From assembly GCA_038212275.1 (NCBI GenBank), contig JBBQUR010000006.1:32001-96000 (forward strand): a stretch of 64,000 bases of DNA, written 5' to 3'. Source of the stretch: Planctomycetota bacterium (GTDB lineage Bacteria > Planctomycetota > B15-G4). Below are positions 28,231-38,016 of this stretch, one piece after another. Within the stretch, counting starts at the first letter, position 1, and every line of letters begins with the position of its first letter. The notes beneath the pieces were generated by a model, which saw nothing but the letters and a program-made list of their open reading frames with translations, did not search any database and was not told the origin of the DNA. A program made the translations under genes and the position numbers.

Positions 28231-28339
28231 GTGCGCGCAGTGGGGCCGGCAGCAAGTGGACCGCGTGAACTGGGTCAGGCCCTGACGGGAGCAGCCCTAA
28301 GCGATGGCGCCACGGTGTTGCCGGTCCCTCTCCGCGCAC
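28231..28339 (+). ncRNA. ffs: Signal recognition particle RNA (4.5S), UGAC-tetraloop type
   Basis: Helix-8 core TCAGG-CCC-TGAC-GGG-AGCAGC in a long hairpin; position between tadA and dnaX; ends approximate. Confidence 0.88.
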
Positions 28340-28406
28340 GGTGCGCGACTCGAATCGCAGGCCGGATGCTCGACGGCCGGAGGCCGGCTCGCGTAGGCTC
28401 CTCTCC

Positions 28407-30215
28407 ATGGTCGGCTACACGGTTCTCGCCACGCGCTATCGGCCGCGCATCTTCGACGACGTGGTCGGGCAGGCAGACGCCGCGCACGTGCTGCGCGCCG
28501 CCATCGAGGGCGGCCGCTCTGCGCATGCCTACCTGTTCTCCGGACCGCGCGGCGTGGGCAAGACGTCCATGGCGCGCATCCTGGCCAAGGCCTGGAACTG
28601 CCTGGTCGCGGAGAGCGGCCTGCCGTGCGGCACGTGTGCGGTGTGCCGCGCCATCGACGAGTCGAGCGACTGCCTCGATGTGGTCGAAATCGACGGCGCC
28701 TCGCACAACCGCGTCGAGAACGTGCGCGACCTCATCGATGCCGTGCGCTTCCGGCCGGTGGAGGCCCGGTATCGCGTGTACATCGTGGACGAGGTGCACA
28801 TGCTCTCGACCTCGGCCTTCAACGCGCTGCTGAAGACGCTCGAGGAGCCGCCGGCGCACGCGAAGTTCATCCTCGCCACCACGGAACTCCTGAAGGTTCC
28901 CGAGACCATCCGCTCGCGCTGCCAGCTCATCGATTTCCGGCGCCTCGCGCTGGAGGACATGCGCGCGCGGCTCGCTGACATCTGCGTGCATGAAGGCGTG
29001 CCCGTGCCGGACGGCCTGCTCGACCGGGTCGCACGGCACGCGCGCGGCGGCCTGCGCGATGCGCTTTCGCTGCTCGACCAGCTCATCACCTACGGCGACG
29101 GCAAGCCGACGATCGCGGACTTCGAGCGGCTGACCGGCCGGCTCGCACCCGAGGCGCTGCACGAACTGCTCGGTGGCGCGCTCGCCGGCGACGGTGCCGC
29201 CGTCCTGAACGCCTGCCAGGACGCCTTTGCGCGGGGGGCGCGCGGCGCTGACCTCGTCGAGCAGCTCACCGAGATCCTTGAGGGCTTGCTGGTGACGGTG
29301 GCCGGCAGCGTGCCCGCGGATCGCACGGCCGAGGAGCGGCAGTCGCTCCAGCGTCTGGCCACGCAGTGCAACCTCGATCAGGTGGTGGCGATGCTGGACG
29401 TGCTGGTCGAGGCGAATCGCCGCTTGCGACAGCGCCACGACAGTCGGCTCGTGACCGAACTCGCCCTGCTCAACCTTGCGCGCGTGAAGCTGCTGACGCC
29501 GCTCGGCGATCTGCTCGCAAGCGGAGGTCTGCCCGCCGCGGCCGCTTCGGCGGGGTCCCGGCTCGCGCCTGCGGCTGCTGCCGCGCCGTCGTCGCCGCGA
29601 GGCGTTTCCCGCGCGCCGGCAACGCGTGCCGAGCCAGCCGTCACGTCGCCGGACTCGGTGGTGCCGGCGCACGCTCCCGCGTCCACGCCCCGTGCGCCAG
29701 GCCCGCGCGACCACGCAGAGCCAGGGCAGGGCACGGACTTCGCCGAGCGTTTCATCGAGGCCGTGTCGCGAGTCTCGCGTTCGCTGCGCCTGGAACTGCA
29801 GCGCTATCCCGCTATCCGCGTCGAGGGCGACGAATTGCTCATGGAGCGCCCTTCCGGCGGGGCGCCACTGCTCTTCGACCCGACGCAAGCCGATGTCGCC
29901 AGGCGCTTCACCGAGGCTGGCAACGCGTTGACGGGCCGGTCGCTCCGCCTGCGTGTCCTGCAGGCCGGCCCCGAGGCGAAGCGATCCGACGTCCCGGCCA
30001 AGGCCCCGCAGCCGATGAGCAGCAGTCTCGCGTCGGCAGGGTCGGCTGCGTCGGCTGCTTCGGCTGCGTCGGCTCCGACCGACGCCGATGCGCGCCGCGC
30101 CGCGCCGGAGGTCCGGCGTCCGCCCGCGGGGAACCGCCCCGACGCGGCACGGCCATCCGACGTCGAACAGCGCATCCTGAAGGACTGGCCGGGTTCGGAG
30201 CGGGTCGACTTTTAG
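28407..30215 (+). CDS. dnaX: DNA polymerase III subunit gamma/tau
   Basis: RYRP..F..VVGQ, HAYLFSGPRGVGKT, EIDGAS, DEVHMLS..AFNALLKTLEEPP, SRCQ. Confidence 0.95.
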   Translation: MVGYTVLATRYRPRIFDDVVGQADAAHVLRAAIEGGRSAHAYLFSGPRGVGKTSMARILAKAWNCLVAESGLPCGTCAVCRAIDESSDCLDVVEIDGASHNRVENVRDLIDAVRFRPVEARYRVYIVDEVHMLSTSAFNALLKTLEEPPAHAKFILATTELLKVPETIRSRCQLIDFRRLALEDMRARLADICVHEGVPVPDGLLDRVARHARGGLRDALSLLDQLITYGDGKPTIADFERLTGRLAPEALHELLGGALAGDGAAVLNACQDAFARGARGADLVEQLTEILEGLLVTVAGSVPADRTAEERQSLQRLATQCNLDQVVAMLDVLVEANRRLRQRHDSRLVTELALLNLARVKLLTPLGDLLASGGLPAAAASAGSRLAPAAAAAPSSPRGVSRAPATRAEPAVTSPDSVVPAHAPASTPRAPGPRDHAEPGQGTDFAERFIEAVSRVSRSLRLELQRYPAIRVEGDELLMERPSGGAPLLFDPTQADVARRFTEAGNALTGRSLRLRVLQAGPEAKRSDVPAKAPQPMSSSLASAGSAASAASAASAPTDADARRAAPEVRRPPAGNRPDAARPSDVEQRILKDWPGSERVDF

Positions 30216-30294
30216 CGCCTGCTGCGCGACCATGTCGTTCGCCCGGCATGTGCCCGCCCTGGTGCGGATGTGCGGCCGCGCTGGAGTGATGCCG

Positions 30295-30600
30295 ATGGAC
30301 ATGCGTCAAATGCTGGAGCAGGCCCAGAACCTGACGCGGGCGCTTGCCGAGCTGGATGCGCGCTTCAAGGCGCACGAGCTCGAGGCCGCTTCGCGAGACG
30401 GCCAGGTCGCGCTGCGCCTGAACGCCGCGTACGAGGTCATCGGCGTGCATGTGGCTCCCGAACTGCTTGCGAGCGGCGACAAGGCTGCGGCCGAGCGCGC
30501 CGTGGCCGAGGCGCTCCGCGGCGTGTTGGCGTCCATCCGCAAGTACCGTGAGGAGCAGCGGGCGGGCGTGACGGGCGGAATGCACCTGCCGGAGTTCTGA
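30295..30600 (+). CDS. ybaB: YbaB/EbfC nucleoid-associated protein
   Basis: Size, GG-containing C-terminus and position between dnaX and recR. Confidence 0.8.
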   Translation: MDMRQMLEQAQNLTRALAELDARFKAHELEAASRDGQVALRLNAAYEVIGVHVAPELLASGDKAAAERAVAEALRGVLASIRKYREEQRAGVTGGMHLPEF

Positions 30601-30625
30601 CGATCCTGAGTAGACTGGCCTCAGC

Positions 30626-31231
30626 ATGGCCCTGCCACCAACGCTGACACGCCTGATCGCCGCCTTCCGCACGCTTCCCGGAGTCGGGACGCGCACTGCG
30701 GAACGGCTCGCCTTTCATGTGCTGCGGGCCCCGGAGGCAGAGACCGACGAACTCGCCGCCGCGATCGTCGCGCTGCGGAGCAGCGTGGTCGCGTGTTCGA
30801 CGTGCCACACGGTGGCCGAAGCCGATCCATGCCCCATCTGCGCCGACGAGCGCCGCGACCGCGGGCGGCTGCTGGTCGTGGAGCAGCCACGCGACGTGCA
30901 GGCCTTCGAGGATGCAGGCTGGAAAGGCGTCTACCACGTCCTTCTGGGCCATCTCAACGCGCTCGAGGGCATCGATGCGGGCGACCTCACCATCGAGGGG
31001 CTGCTGCGGCGCGTGAAGGCGGGCGGTCTCGACGAGGTGATCATCGCCACGAACCCCGACTACGAAGGCGACACGACGGCACTGCACCTCAGGAAGCGAC
31101 TTGCGGGCACGGGGGTGACCGTGTCACGCATCGCGCGCGGCATCGCCTCGGGGAGCGCGATCGAGTACAGCAATGCCGCCATGCTGGCGGACGCGCTGAC
31201 AGGCCGCGCGCCGATGGAGGCCTCGGCGTGA
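30626..31231 (+). CDS. recR: Recombination protein RecR
   Basis: LPGVG.RTAERLAF, C4 zinc finger, Toprim ATNP..EGD.TA. Confidence 0.95.
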   Translation: MALPPTLTRLIAAFRTLPGVGTRTAERLAFHVLRAPEAETDELAAAIVALRSSVVACSTCHTVAEADPCPICADERRDRGRLLVVEQPRDVQAFEDAGWKGVYHVLLGHLNALEGIDAGDLTIEGLLRRVKAGGLDEVIIATNPDYEGDTTALHLRKRLAGTGVTVSRIARGIASGSAIEYSNAAMLADALTGRAPMEASA

Positions 31232-32664
31232 AGCTGGGCATGTCGCAGTCGATCCGCACGTCGCTGCAGCTGCGGCTCTCGCCGCAGATGCTGCAGCGGA
31301 TCGAGGTCCTGCAGCTCTCGTCGCTGGATCTCCGGCAGCTCATCGAGCAGGAACTGCAGGAGAACGAGACGCTCGAGCAGCAGACGGATGATCCGACCGA
31401 GATGGCGGAGGCCGATGCGGTTGCCGAAACGGGCGACGGCGACGGCGACGGCGATGGCGATGTCGATGCGTACGACGGAGAGGACGAGTGGGAGGACCGC
31501 ACGCCCGGCGAGGGTCCCTCGCGCATGGACGTGATGGTGGCGACGACGGCGGCTCCCGAGACGCTCGCCGACAACCTGGGACGGCAGCTCGACATGCTCG
31601 ATCTCCCGGAGCGCCAGCTCACGATCGCCCGCGCCATCATGCTCGCGCTCAACGAGCGGGGCTGGTTGTCGCTTCCTCTGTCCGACGTCGGGGCGCCGGT
31701 GTCGCCGCCGGCGACGGCCGCCGAGCTCGAGCAGGCCTTGCACGTGGTCCAGCGCCTCGAGCCCGCGGGCATCGGGGCACGAGACCTCACGGAGTGCCTG
31801 CTGCTGCAGCTCTCGGCCGACAATCTCGAGTACGAGCTGCTCGTCTCGCTGGTCATTCATCACCTCGATGACATCGCGCACAACCGCATCCCGCGCATCG
31901 CACGCGAGTCCGGCGCCAGCGTGGATCGCGTGCTCGCCGCCATCGAGGTCATCAGCCACCTCGATCCGATCCCGGGCCGTCGCTTCTCGGGCGCGCGGGC
32001 GCCGCAGGTGCGTCCCGACGTCGTGGTGCGGCGCGTCGGCGAAGACTTCGAGATCTCGATCGAGAACGACTGGGTGCCCAATCTCGTGCTCTCGCGCTCT
32101 TATCGTCAGATGGCCCGGGATCGAAGCGTGGACCCGGAATTGCGCAAGCACATCCGGGGCAAGCTCGACGGCGCGCAGTCGCTCATCGAGGCGATCGAGC
32201 AGCGCAAGAACACGCTGTTCCGTGTCGCGAGCGAGCTGGTCAACCGACAGGCGGACTTCCTCGAGCACGGGCCGTCGGGCCTGCACCCGCTGCGCATGCA
32301 GGAGGTGGCTGATGCGCTGGCAGTGCACGTGTCCACGGTGAGCCGTGCGATCTCCGGCAAGTACATGCAGACGCCCCGGGGCATCATCCCGATGAAGCTG
32401 CTGTTCACCGGCGAGATCCCCTCGCGCGCGGGAAGCGCGTCGTCCACCGACGGAGACGAGACGGCGTCGCGAGCGGGCGTGCAGGAACTCGTCCGCGGGA
32501 TCATCGGCGCGGAGGACGTTCGCGATCCGCTCTCGGACGAGTCGATCGTCGAGATCCTCAAGACGCGGCATGGTCTGGACATCGCGCGACGGACCGTGAC
32601 CAAGTACAGGAAGGCCCTGCGCCTCGGGTCGTCGCGCGACCGGCGCGTCTACGGCCAGGCGTGA
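31228..32664 (+). CDS. rpoN: RNA polymerase sigma-54 factor
   Basis: Gln/Leu-rich region I, EPAGIGARDL.ECL, STVSRA..GKY, RpoN box ARRTVTKYR. Confidence 0.95.
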   Translation: MKLGMSQSIRTSLQLRLSPQMLQRIEVLQLSSLDLRQLIEQELQENETLEQQTDDPTEMAEADAVAETGDGDGDGDGDVDAYDGEDEWEDRTPGEGPSRMDVMVATTAAPETLADNLGRQLDMLDLPERQLTIARAIMLALNERGWLSLPLSDVGAPVSPPATAAELEQALHVVQRLEPAGIGARDLTECLLLQLSADNLEYELLVSLVIHHLDDIAHNRIPRIARESGASVDRVLAAIEVISHLDPIPGRRFSGARAPQVRPDVVVRRVGEDFEISIENDWVPNLVLSRSYRQMARDRSVDPELRKHIRGKLDGAQSLIEAIEQRKNTLFRVASELVNRQADFLEHGPSGLHPLRMQEVADALAVHVSTVSRAISGKYMQTPRGIIPMKLLFTGEIPSRAGSASSTDGDETASRAGVQELVRGIIGAEDVRDPLSDESIVEILKTRHGLDIARRTVTKYRKALRLGSSRDRRVYGQA

Positions 32665-33515
32665 GCCACGGCGACGTCGCGGCGGACTCGCGCCGGCGCG
32701 CTCTCCTGCTGGCCTACGACGGGGGGGCTTATGCCGGCTGGCAGGTGCAGCCGGACCAGCCGACGGTGCAGGGCCGGGTCGAGGCGGCGCTGGCAGCACT
32801 GCTCCGGCAACCGGTGCGCATCAGCGGCTCGGGGCGCACCGACGCGGGCGTCCACGCCCTGGGACAGGTCGCGCACTTCGACGACATGCACGGCTTTCCC
32901 CCCGGACGGCTCGCGGCGGCCCTCAACAGCCTGCTGCCTGCGGACATCCGCGTGCTCCGGGCGATGGTCGTCCCTCCCGAATTCCACGCGCTGCACAGCG
33001 TGGTGTCCAAGACATATCTCTACCAGTTGCACCTGTCCCCCGGCACGGGAGGTGCACGGGCGGCGCTTGCCTCGATGCCGCCACACCGCAGGCTCACCTT
33101 TCACGCGGTGCGCGGCGACCTCGACCTCGGGGCGATGCGCCGGGCGGCGCGGTTTCTGTGCGGGACGCACGACTTCACGGCGCTCAGCAAGGCGATGGTG
33201 GACGGGCGCGGCACCGTCAAGACGCTGACCGCGCTGCGCGTGCTCCGTGTTCCGGGTGGCGTGCGTGTCTTCGCGACGGCGGACGGCTTCCTCTACGGCA
33301 TGGTGCGACTGCTCTCCGGTCTGCTCGTGGAGGTCGGTCGCGGGAGGCGCGCGCCGGAGGACGTGCCGGCTCTGCTGGCCGCCGCCGATCGGTCACGCGC
33401 CCCGGCACTCCTTCCGGCATGCGGCCTCTTTCTCTGGAGAGTGCGCTATCCCGCGGGCATGTGCACTCACGGCGGGGCGGTCGCCTGCTATGCTGGCGAA
33501 GGACCGCGGCCGTGA
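32661..33515 (+). CDS. truA: tRNA pseudouridine synthase A
   Basis: YDG..YAGWQ.Q, GRTDAGVHALGQ, GTHDF, GFLYGMVR. Confidence 0.93.
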   Translation: MSHGDVAADSRRRALLLAYDGGAYAGWQVQPDQPTVQGRVEAALAALLRQPVRISGSGRTDAGVHALGQVAHFDDMHGFPPGRLAAALNSLLPADIRVLRAMVVPPEFHALHSVVSKTYLYQLHLSPGTGGARAALASMPPHRRLTFHAVRGDLDLGAMRRAARFLCGTHDFTALSKAMVDGRGTVKTLTALRVLRVPGGVRVFATADGFLYGMVRLLSGLLVEVGRGRRAPEDVPALLAAADRSRAPALLPACGLFLWRVRYPAGMCTHGGAVACYAGEGPRP

Positions 33516-33544
33516 GCGCCGCAACACGTCTCTGGGACCATCGC

Positions 33545-33865
33545 ATGACCCTGCGAATCGACTACACGGACCGGCACGAACACCACCCCGCCAGCGTGAA
33601 GGCCTACGCGCTCGAGAAGGCCGAGAAGATCGCGCGCTTTTTCGACGGCGTGAACCACATCGAGATCGTCCTCGACCGCGAGCACGACATGCACCGCTCC
33701 GAGATGATCGTCTCGGCCTCGCACAACCTTCGTCTCGTCGGGCACGCTTCGGCGGATTCCATCCTGGTGGCGATCGACTCCGCCGTGGACAAGCTCGAGC
33801 GGCAGGTCGTGAAGGCGAAGGAGCGGCTCAAGGATCATCACCGGAAGCCGGGGGACCGTGCCTGA
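33545..33865 (+). CDS. hpf: Ribosome hibernation promoting factor
   Basis: AID.AVDKLERQV.K.KE motif; rpoN operon context. Confidence 0.88.
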   Translation: MTLRIDYTDRHEHHPASVKAYALEKAEKIARFFDGVNHIEIVLDREHDMHRSEMIVSASHNLRLVGHASADSILVAIDSAVDKLERQVVKAKERLKDHHRKPGDRA

Positions 33866-33867
33866 CC

Positions 33868-34341
33868 ATGCCTGCTCCAGCCTCTTTCAGCGGCATGTTT
33901 TCCGTGGACGGCATCTGTCCAGCGCTGGCAGCCCGCAGCAAGGCGGAGGCGCTCGTGGAACTGGTCGACGTCGCAGTTGCCGGCGGCGTCCTGCCGCGTG
34001 CGCGCAAGGCGGAGGTCCTCGCGGCCCTCGAAGCGCGTGAAGAGCGCGGCTCCACGGGGCTGGGGCGCGGCATCGCCATTCCGCACGCCAAGATTCCCGG
34101 TCTTCGCAAGCACGCCGGGCTCATCGCACGCTCGGTCGACGGCCTCGAGTTTCGAGCCATCGACGGCGAGCCTGTCCATGTCCTCGTCATGCTCATTTCG
34201 CCCGAGTCCCGCTCCGACGAGCATCTGGAGCTCCTGCGATTCATCTCGCGCATCGCGCGTGATCCCGACTTCCCGAGCTTCATCCGCCAGGCACGGACTG
34301 CCCAGGAGATGCTGGACGTGATCCTGGAGCGGGGCGCCTGA
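33868..34341 (+). CDS. ptsN: PTS EIIA (Ntr/fructose-type)
   Basis: RE.RGSTGLG.GIAIPHAK, F.AIDGEPV. Confidence 0.88.
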   Translation: MPAPASFSGMFSVDGICPALAARSKAEALVELVDVAVAGGVLPRARKAEVLAALEAREERGSTGLGRGIAIPHAKIPGLRKHAGLIARSVDGLEFRAIDGEPVHVLVMLISPESRSDEHLELLRFISRIARDPDFPSFIRQARTAQEMLDVILERGA

Positions 34342-34377
34342 CGCCGCCGAGCATGCCGGGTCCTGGGAGTTTCGCGG

Positions 34378-34650
34378 GTGAGTGAGAGAGTCGTCGTGCG
34401 GATTCTGAACCGGCAGGGGCTGCACGCGCGGCCGATCAGCCGGTTCGTGCAAACCGTCGCCAAGTACCAGGCCAAGGTGTCCGTGACGGGGCCCGATGGC
34501 ACCGTGGCGGACGGTGCGAGCGTGTTCTCGATGATGACCCTGGCCGCGGGCCACGGGTGCGAACTCGTGCTCGAGGCCGACGGAGGGCAGGCGCGCGAGG
34601 CGCTGGCTGCGCTGGCCTCGCTCGTTGCCGAGGGATTCGGAGAAAAGTAG
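34378..34650 (+). CDS. ptsH: HPr/NPr phosphocarrier
   Basis: NRQGLHARP (His15) and ASVFSMMTL (Ser46 region). Confidence 0.9.
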   Translation: MSERVVVRILNRQGLHARPISRFVQTVAKYQAKVSVTGPDGTVADGASVFSMMTLAAGHGCELVLEADGGQAREALAALASLVAEGFGEK

Positions 34651-34755
34651 TCGCGCCGCCGTTGTTCGCGCCGCTGACGATCCCTTATCATCCGCGCGCC
34701 TTGCAGGCTTCATCCGCATGATGCGGTGGCTCGCAGGCTAAGACTCTGGATCGGC

Positions 34756-35502
34756 ATGGTGGAACAGGTATCCCGGTATCCCCTCGCGTTGTGTCTCTCC
34801 AAGGACGGAGATGCGCGCTTTCTGGGGCACCTGGACCTGGGCCGGCTCATCGAGCGTTCGCTGCGCCGCAGCGGCCTCCCGATCCAGTGCACTCAAGGAT
34901 TCAACCCGCGTTTCAGGCTTTCCTTCGCCGAGGCACTCCCTGTCGGAGTGGCGTCGGAGGGGGAGTGGATCAGCCTGACATTGGACGAGGATCTCCCACC
35001 GGACACGGTACGGGCGCGGCTTTCGCCGGCGCTCCCCGAGTGCGTCCGCCTGGTGGACGTGCGGAAGGGCTCGCTGCCCGCCCCCGCGCCCACTGTGCGA
35101 TACCGCCTCGACGTGCTCGGTGACCCGGGATCCGCAACCGACGCGCTCACCGCATTGCTGACGTGCGACAGCTTCCTCGTGGACGACCTCCGTCGCGCCG
35201 CGCCCATCGACGTCCGGCCCATGCTGGCCGGCGGTGAGGCGCAGGGCGGATGCCTGCTGCTGGAGCTGGTCACCGTGAACCACCGACCTCCGCGACCGAC
35301 GTTCGTGATCGCCGCCCTGACTGCCCTGGCAGTTCAGGCCGGCCTTCCCGCGCCCCGGTTCGGAGCATGCACCAGGCTCTGCGCGGTCGAGCGTCGTCAA
35401 GGAGAAGACAAGTGGGACGACGACGACGCGGCGGAGGCCAGCAACGGGCCGCCGGACGCAAACTGCTCATCAATTCCCGAGAGACTGCCGAGAGCCGGAT
35501 AG
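34756..35502 (+). CDS. TIGR03936/DUF2344 radical SAM-associated protein
   Basis: K.G.ARFLGHLDL...ERSLRRSGLP...TQGFNP....SF..ALPVG..SEGE. Confidence 0.85.
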   Translation: MVEQVSRYPLALCLSKDGDARFLGHLDLGRLIERSLRRSGLPIQCTQGFNPRFRLSFAEALPVGVASEGEWISLTLDEDLPPDTVRARLSPALPECVRLVDVRKGSLPAPAPTVRYRLDVLGDPGSATDALTALLTCDSFLVDDLRRAAPIDVRPMLAGGEAQGGCLLLELVTVNHRPPRPTFVIAALTALAVQAGLPAPRFGACTRLCAVERRQGEDKWDDDDAAEASNGPPDANCSSIPERLPRAG

Positions 35503-37847
35503 CGGTTCTCGAGGGCACGCGCCTCGAGGAGTACTACATCGAGCGCGGTTCGCTGAACAGCACGCTCGGGAACATCTACAAGGCGCGCATCTCGAACATC
35601 GAGAAGTCGATCGGCGCGGCCTTCGTCGAGTTCGGACATCACAGGCAGGGCTTCCTGCACGTGTCCGACCTGTGCATGGCGGCTGTGGGCGAGAACGCCC
35701 GCGGCCTGCTGGCTGATGTTCAGGCGGCTCGAGAAAATGCACACGACGACGACGTCGTGGACGTCGCCGGCACGCCGGGCGTCGAGGTCGAAGTGGCTCC
35801 CGCTTCGAGCGAGCCCGTGCTCGCCGAGGAACTGGTTCCGGACAGCGCAGGCAGTGCGGCGGACGCCGAAGGCGATGGCGCTCACGACGGCGACACGGAC
35901 GGCGATGGCGACGGCGCGGACCATGACCAGTCGAGTGGCAGCCTCGAGTTGTCACCGCGCGAGGGCCACGGTGACGAGGAGAGTGACTCGCGCAGATCGC
36001 CGCGTGCCGCGGCCGCCGATGCGTCGGCCGACGACGAGGCGCAGGCCCCCGCGAAGGCCGAGAGCCTCGCCTTCAGTCACGGCCACTGGCAGGATTCGGA
36101 CGACGATGACGGCGAGCCCGATGCGGACCGCAGTCAAGGCTCTGCCGCCGACTCGGAGCGCGCAGAAGCTGACCCCGAAGAGGGCGAGGACGACGAGGGC
36201 GAGGACGACGACGACGACGAAGAGGAAGGGGCGGAGGACGACGACGACGCTCCGGCAGGGGGCTCGCACCTTGCATCGGGTGACCGCGAGAGCGGGGATT
36301 CCGACGCGACGGGAGATGCCTCGGGCGAACACACAGAGGGAGGAGCGCCAGCCGACGCGGCCGGACTGTCCGGTGCCGATGGGTCCGCCACCAGCGACGC
36401 TGAGTCGGATGCCGATGGTGGCCGACGTGGTCGCGACCGAGGCCGCCGCGGAAGACGCCGTGGCCGGCGTTCCGGCGGTGCGACCGGTACTGCCCAGGTC
36501 AGCGCTCAAACTGGCGCCGTCGGCACCAGAAATGGGGGCGGAGGCGGACGCGGCAGCCAGGGCGGGAGCGGCGGGGGGGGCGGGCGTTCTCGCGAGCCGC
36601 GCCTTATGCCGCCGATCCACGAGATCCTGCAGAAGGGGCAGGAGATCGTGGTGCAGGTCATCAAGGACGGCATCGGCACGAAGGGGCCGACGCTCACCAC
36701 GTACCTCTCCATCCCGGGCCGATTCGTCGTGCTCATGCCGGGTATCAACAAGCGGGGCGTGTCACGCAAGGTCGTGGACAACGCGGAACGCGAGCGACTC
36801 AAGGACATCGTCCGCGAACTCGAGGTGCCCGAGGATCTCGGCTTCATTGTCCGCACGGCCGGGACGGGCGCCACGCGGGAAGATCTTCAGCGGGATCTGG
36901 ACTACCTGCTGAGGCTCTGGGACCAGATGAAGGTGCGCATCCGGGAGTTCAATGCTCCCGTGCTCCTGTATCAGGAAAACGATCTGGTCATCCGCACGCT
37001 GCGCGACCTCTACGACGGGCAAGGCGAGATCATCATCGATGACCGCGCCACCGTGGAAAAGGCCAAGCAGTTCATGTCGGAAATCATGCCTCGTTGCGTG
37101 GATCTCGTCCGGCTCTACGACGGTGAGCGGCCACTCTTCAACTTCTTCGGGGTCGAGGCCGAAATCGCGGCGCTGCTCACGGCGCGCATCGAACTGAAGT
37201 CCGGCGGTTCGCTCATCATCGAGCAGACCGAGGCGCTCGTCGCCATCGACGTGAACTCAGGGCGCTTCAAGGCGTCAGGGGGCAGTGGCATCGAAGACAC
37301 GGCCTTCCTCGTCAACAGCGAGGCGGCCATCGAAGTGGCTCGGCAGATCCGATTGCGGGACCTCGGCGGCGTCGTCGTCGTCGACTTCATCGACATGCGC
37401 AGCGAGAAGCACCGCAAGGCGCTGGAGAACATCTTCAAGGACGCCCTGCGCCGCGATCGCGCGCGCATCAAGGTCGCACGCATCTCGCCGTTCGGGATCA
37501 TCGAGCTCACGCGGCAGCGCGTGCGGCCGAGCCTCAAGCGGTCCGTGCACCAGAAGTGCCCATACTGTGCCGGAACGGGTTACATTCCTTCCGACGAGAC
37601 CTCCTGCCTCTCGGTCATTCGCGAGATCCGCGAGAACCTGTCGAGACCGGGCTCGGTGCTCGTCGTGACCGTACGGCCGGAGGTGGCGGAGGCTGTCGTC
37701 AACCAGGAACGGAAGGTGCTCGTGGAGCTCGAGCACCAGTCGCGCAAGCAGATCTTCGTGAGGAGCGACCACCGGCTGGCCTATGAGGACGTCGAAATCC
37801 GGGCCATGGTCGCCCTTCCCGAGGACATGGACCACCGGCGGGCCTGA
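35412..37847 (+). CDS. rne: Ribonuclease E/G with a long acidic insertion in the S1 domain
   Basis: GNIYKARI, AAFVEFG, KGPTLTT, IDVNSG, QIRLRDLGG..V.DFIDM, CPYC; AAGGAG RBS before GTG 35412. Confidence 0.92.
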   Translation: MGRRRRGGGQQRAAGRKLLINSRETAESRIAVLEGTRLEEYYIERGSLNSTLGNIYKARISNIEKSIGAAFVEFGHHRQGFLHVSDLCMAAVGENARGLLADVQAARENAHDDDVVDVAGTPGVEVEVAPASSEPVLAEELVPDSAGSAADAEGDGAHDGDTDGDGDGADHDQSSGSLELSPREGHGDEESDSRRSPRAAAADASADDEAQAPAKAESLAFSHGHWQDSDDDDGEPDADRSQGSAADSERAEADPEEGEDDEGEDDDDDEEEGAEDDDDAPAGGSHLASGDRESGDSDATGDASGEHTEGGAPADAAGLSGADGSATSDAESDADGGRRGRDRGRRGRRRGRRSGGATGTAQVSAQTGAVGTRNGGGGGRGSQGGSGGGGGRSREPRLMPPIHEILQKGQEIVVQVIKDGIGTKGPTLTTYLSIPGRFVVLMPGINKRGVSRKVVDNAERERLKDIVRELEVPEDLGFIVRTAGTGATREDLQRDLDYLLRLWDQMKVRIREFNAPVLLYQENDLVIRTLRDLYDGQGEIIIDDRATVEKAKQFMSEIMPRCVDLVRLYDGERPLFNFFGVEAEIAALLTARIELKSGGSLIIEQTEALVAIDVNSGRFKASGGSGIEDTAFLVNSEAAIEVARQIRLRDLGGVVVVDFIDMRSEKHRKALENIFKDALRRDRARIKVARISPFGIIELTRQRVRPSLKRSVHQKCPYCAGTGYIPSDETSCLSVIREIRENLSRPGSVLVVTVRPEVAEAVVNQERKVLVELEHQSRKQIFVRSDHRLAYEDVEIRAMVALPEDMDHRRA

Positions 37848-37910
37848 CGGCTGTCGAGTCGGGTTCGGGAAGCCAAGCGCTTTCCGGGCCCGAGCGGCGG
37901 ATCGCGTGGC

Positions 37911-37938
37911 TTGACCAGCGGGCGCCGATACCTAGGAT
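37911..37938 (+). promoter_or_regulatory. Sigma70-like promoter for rplU-rpmA-obgE
   Basis: TTGACC-N16-TAGGAT. Confidence 0.5.
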
Positions 37939-38016
37939 GGTCCCCCTTCCGTCGCGGAAAACCGCGGTCCCCCGTGGGACGTCCGGTGCTTCGTCCGAGT
38001 GTCCAAGGAGCGTGCT

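Noticed and set aside
28407..30215. Programmed frameshift in dnaX
   Set aside because: No A-AAA-AAG or poly-A slippery site seen
31432..31467. gacggc hexamer repeats in rpoN
   Set aside because: They encode the ordinary variable acidic region II linker
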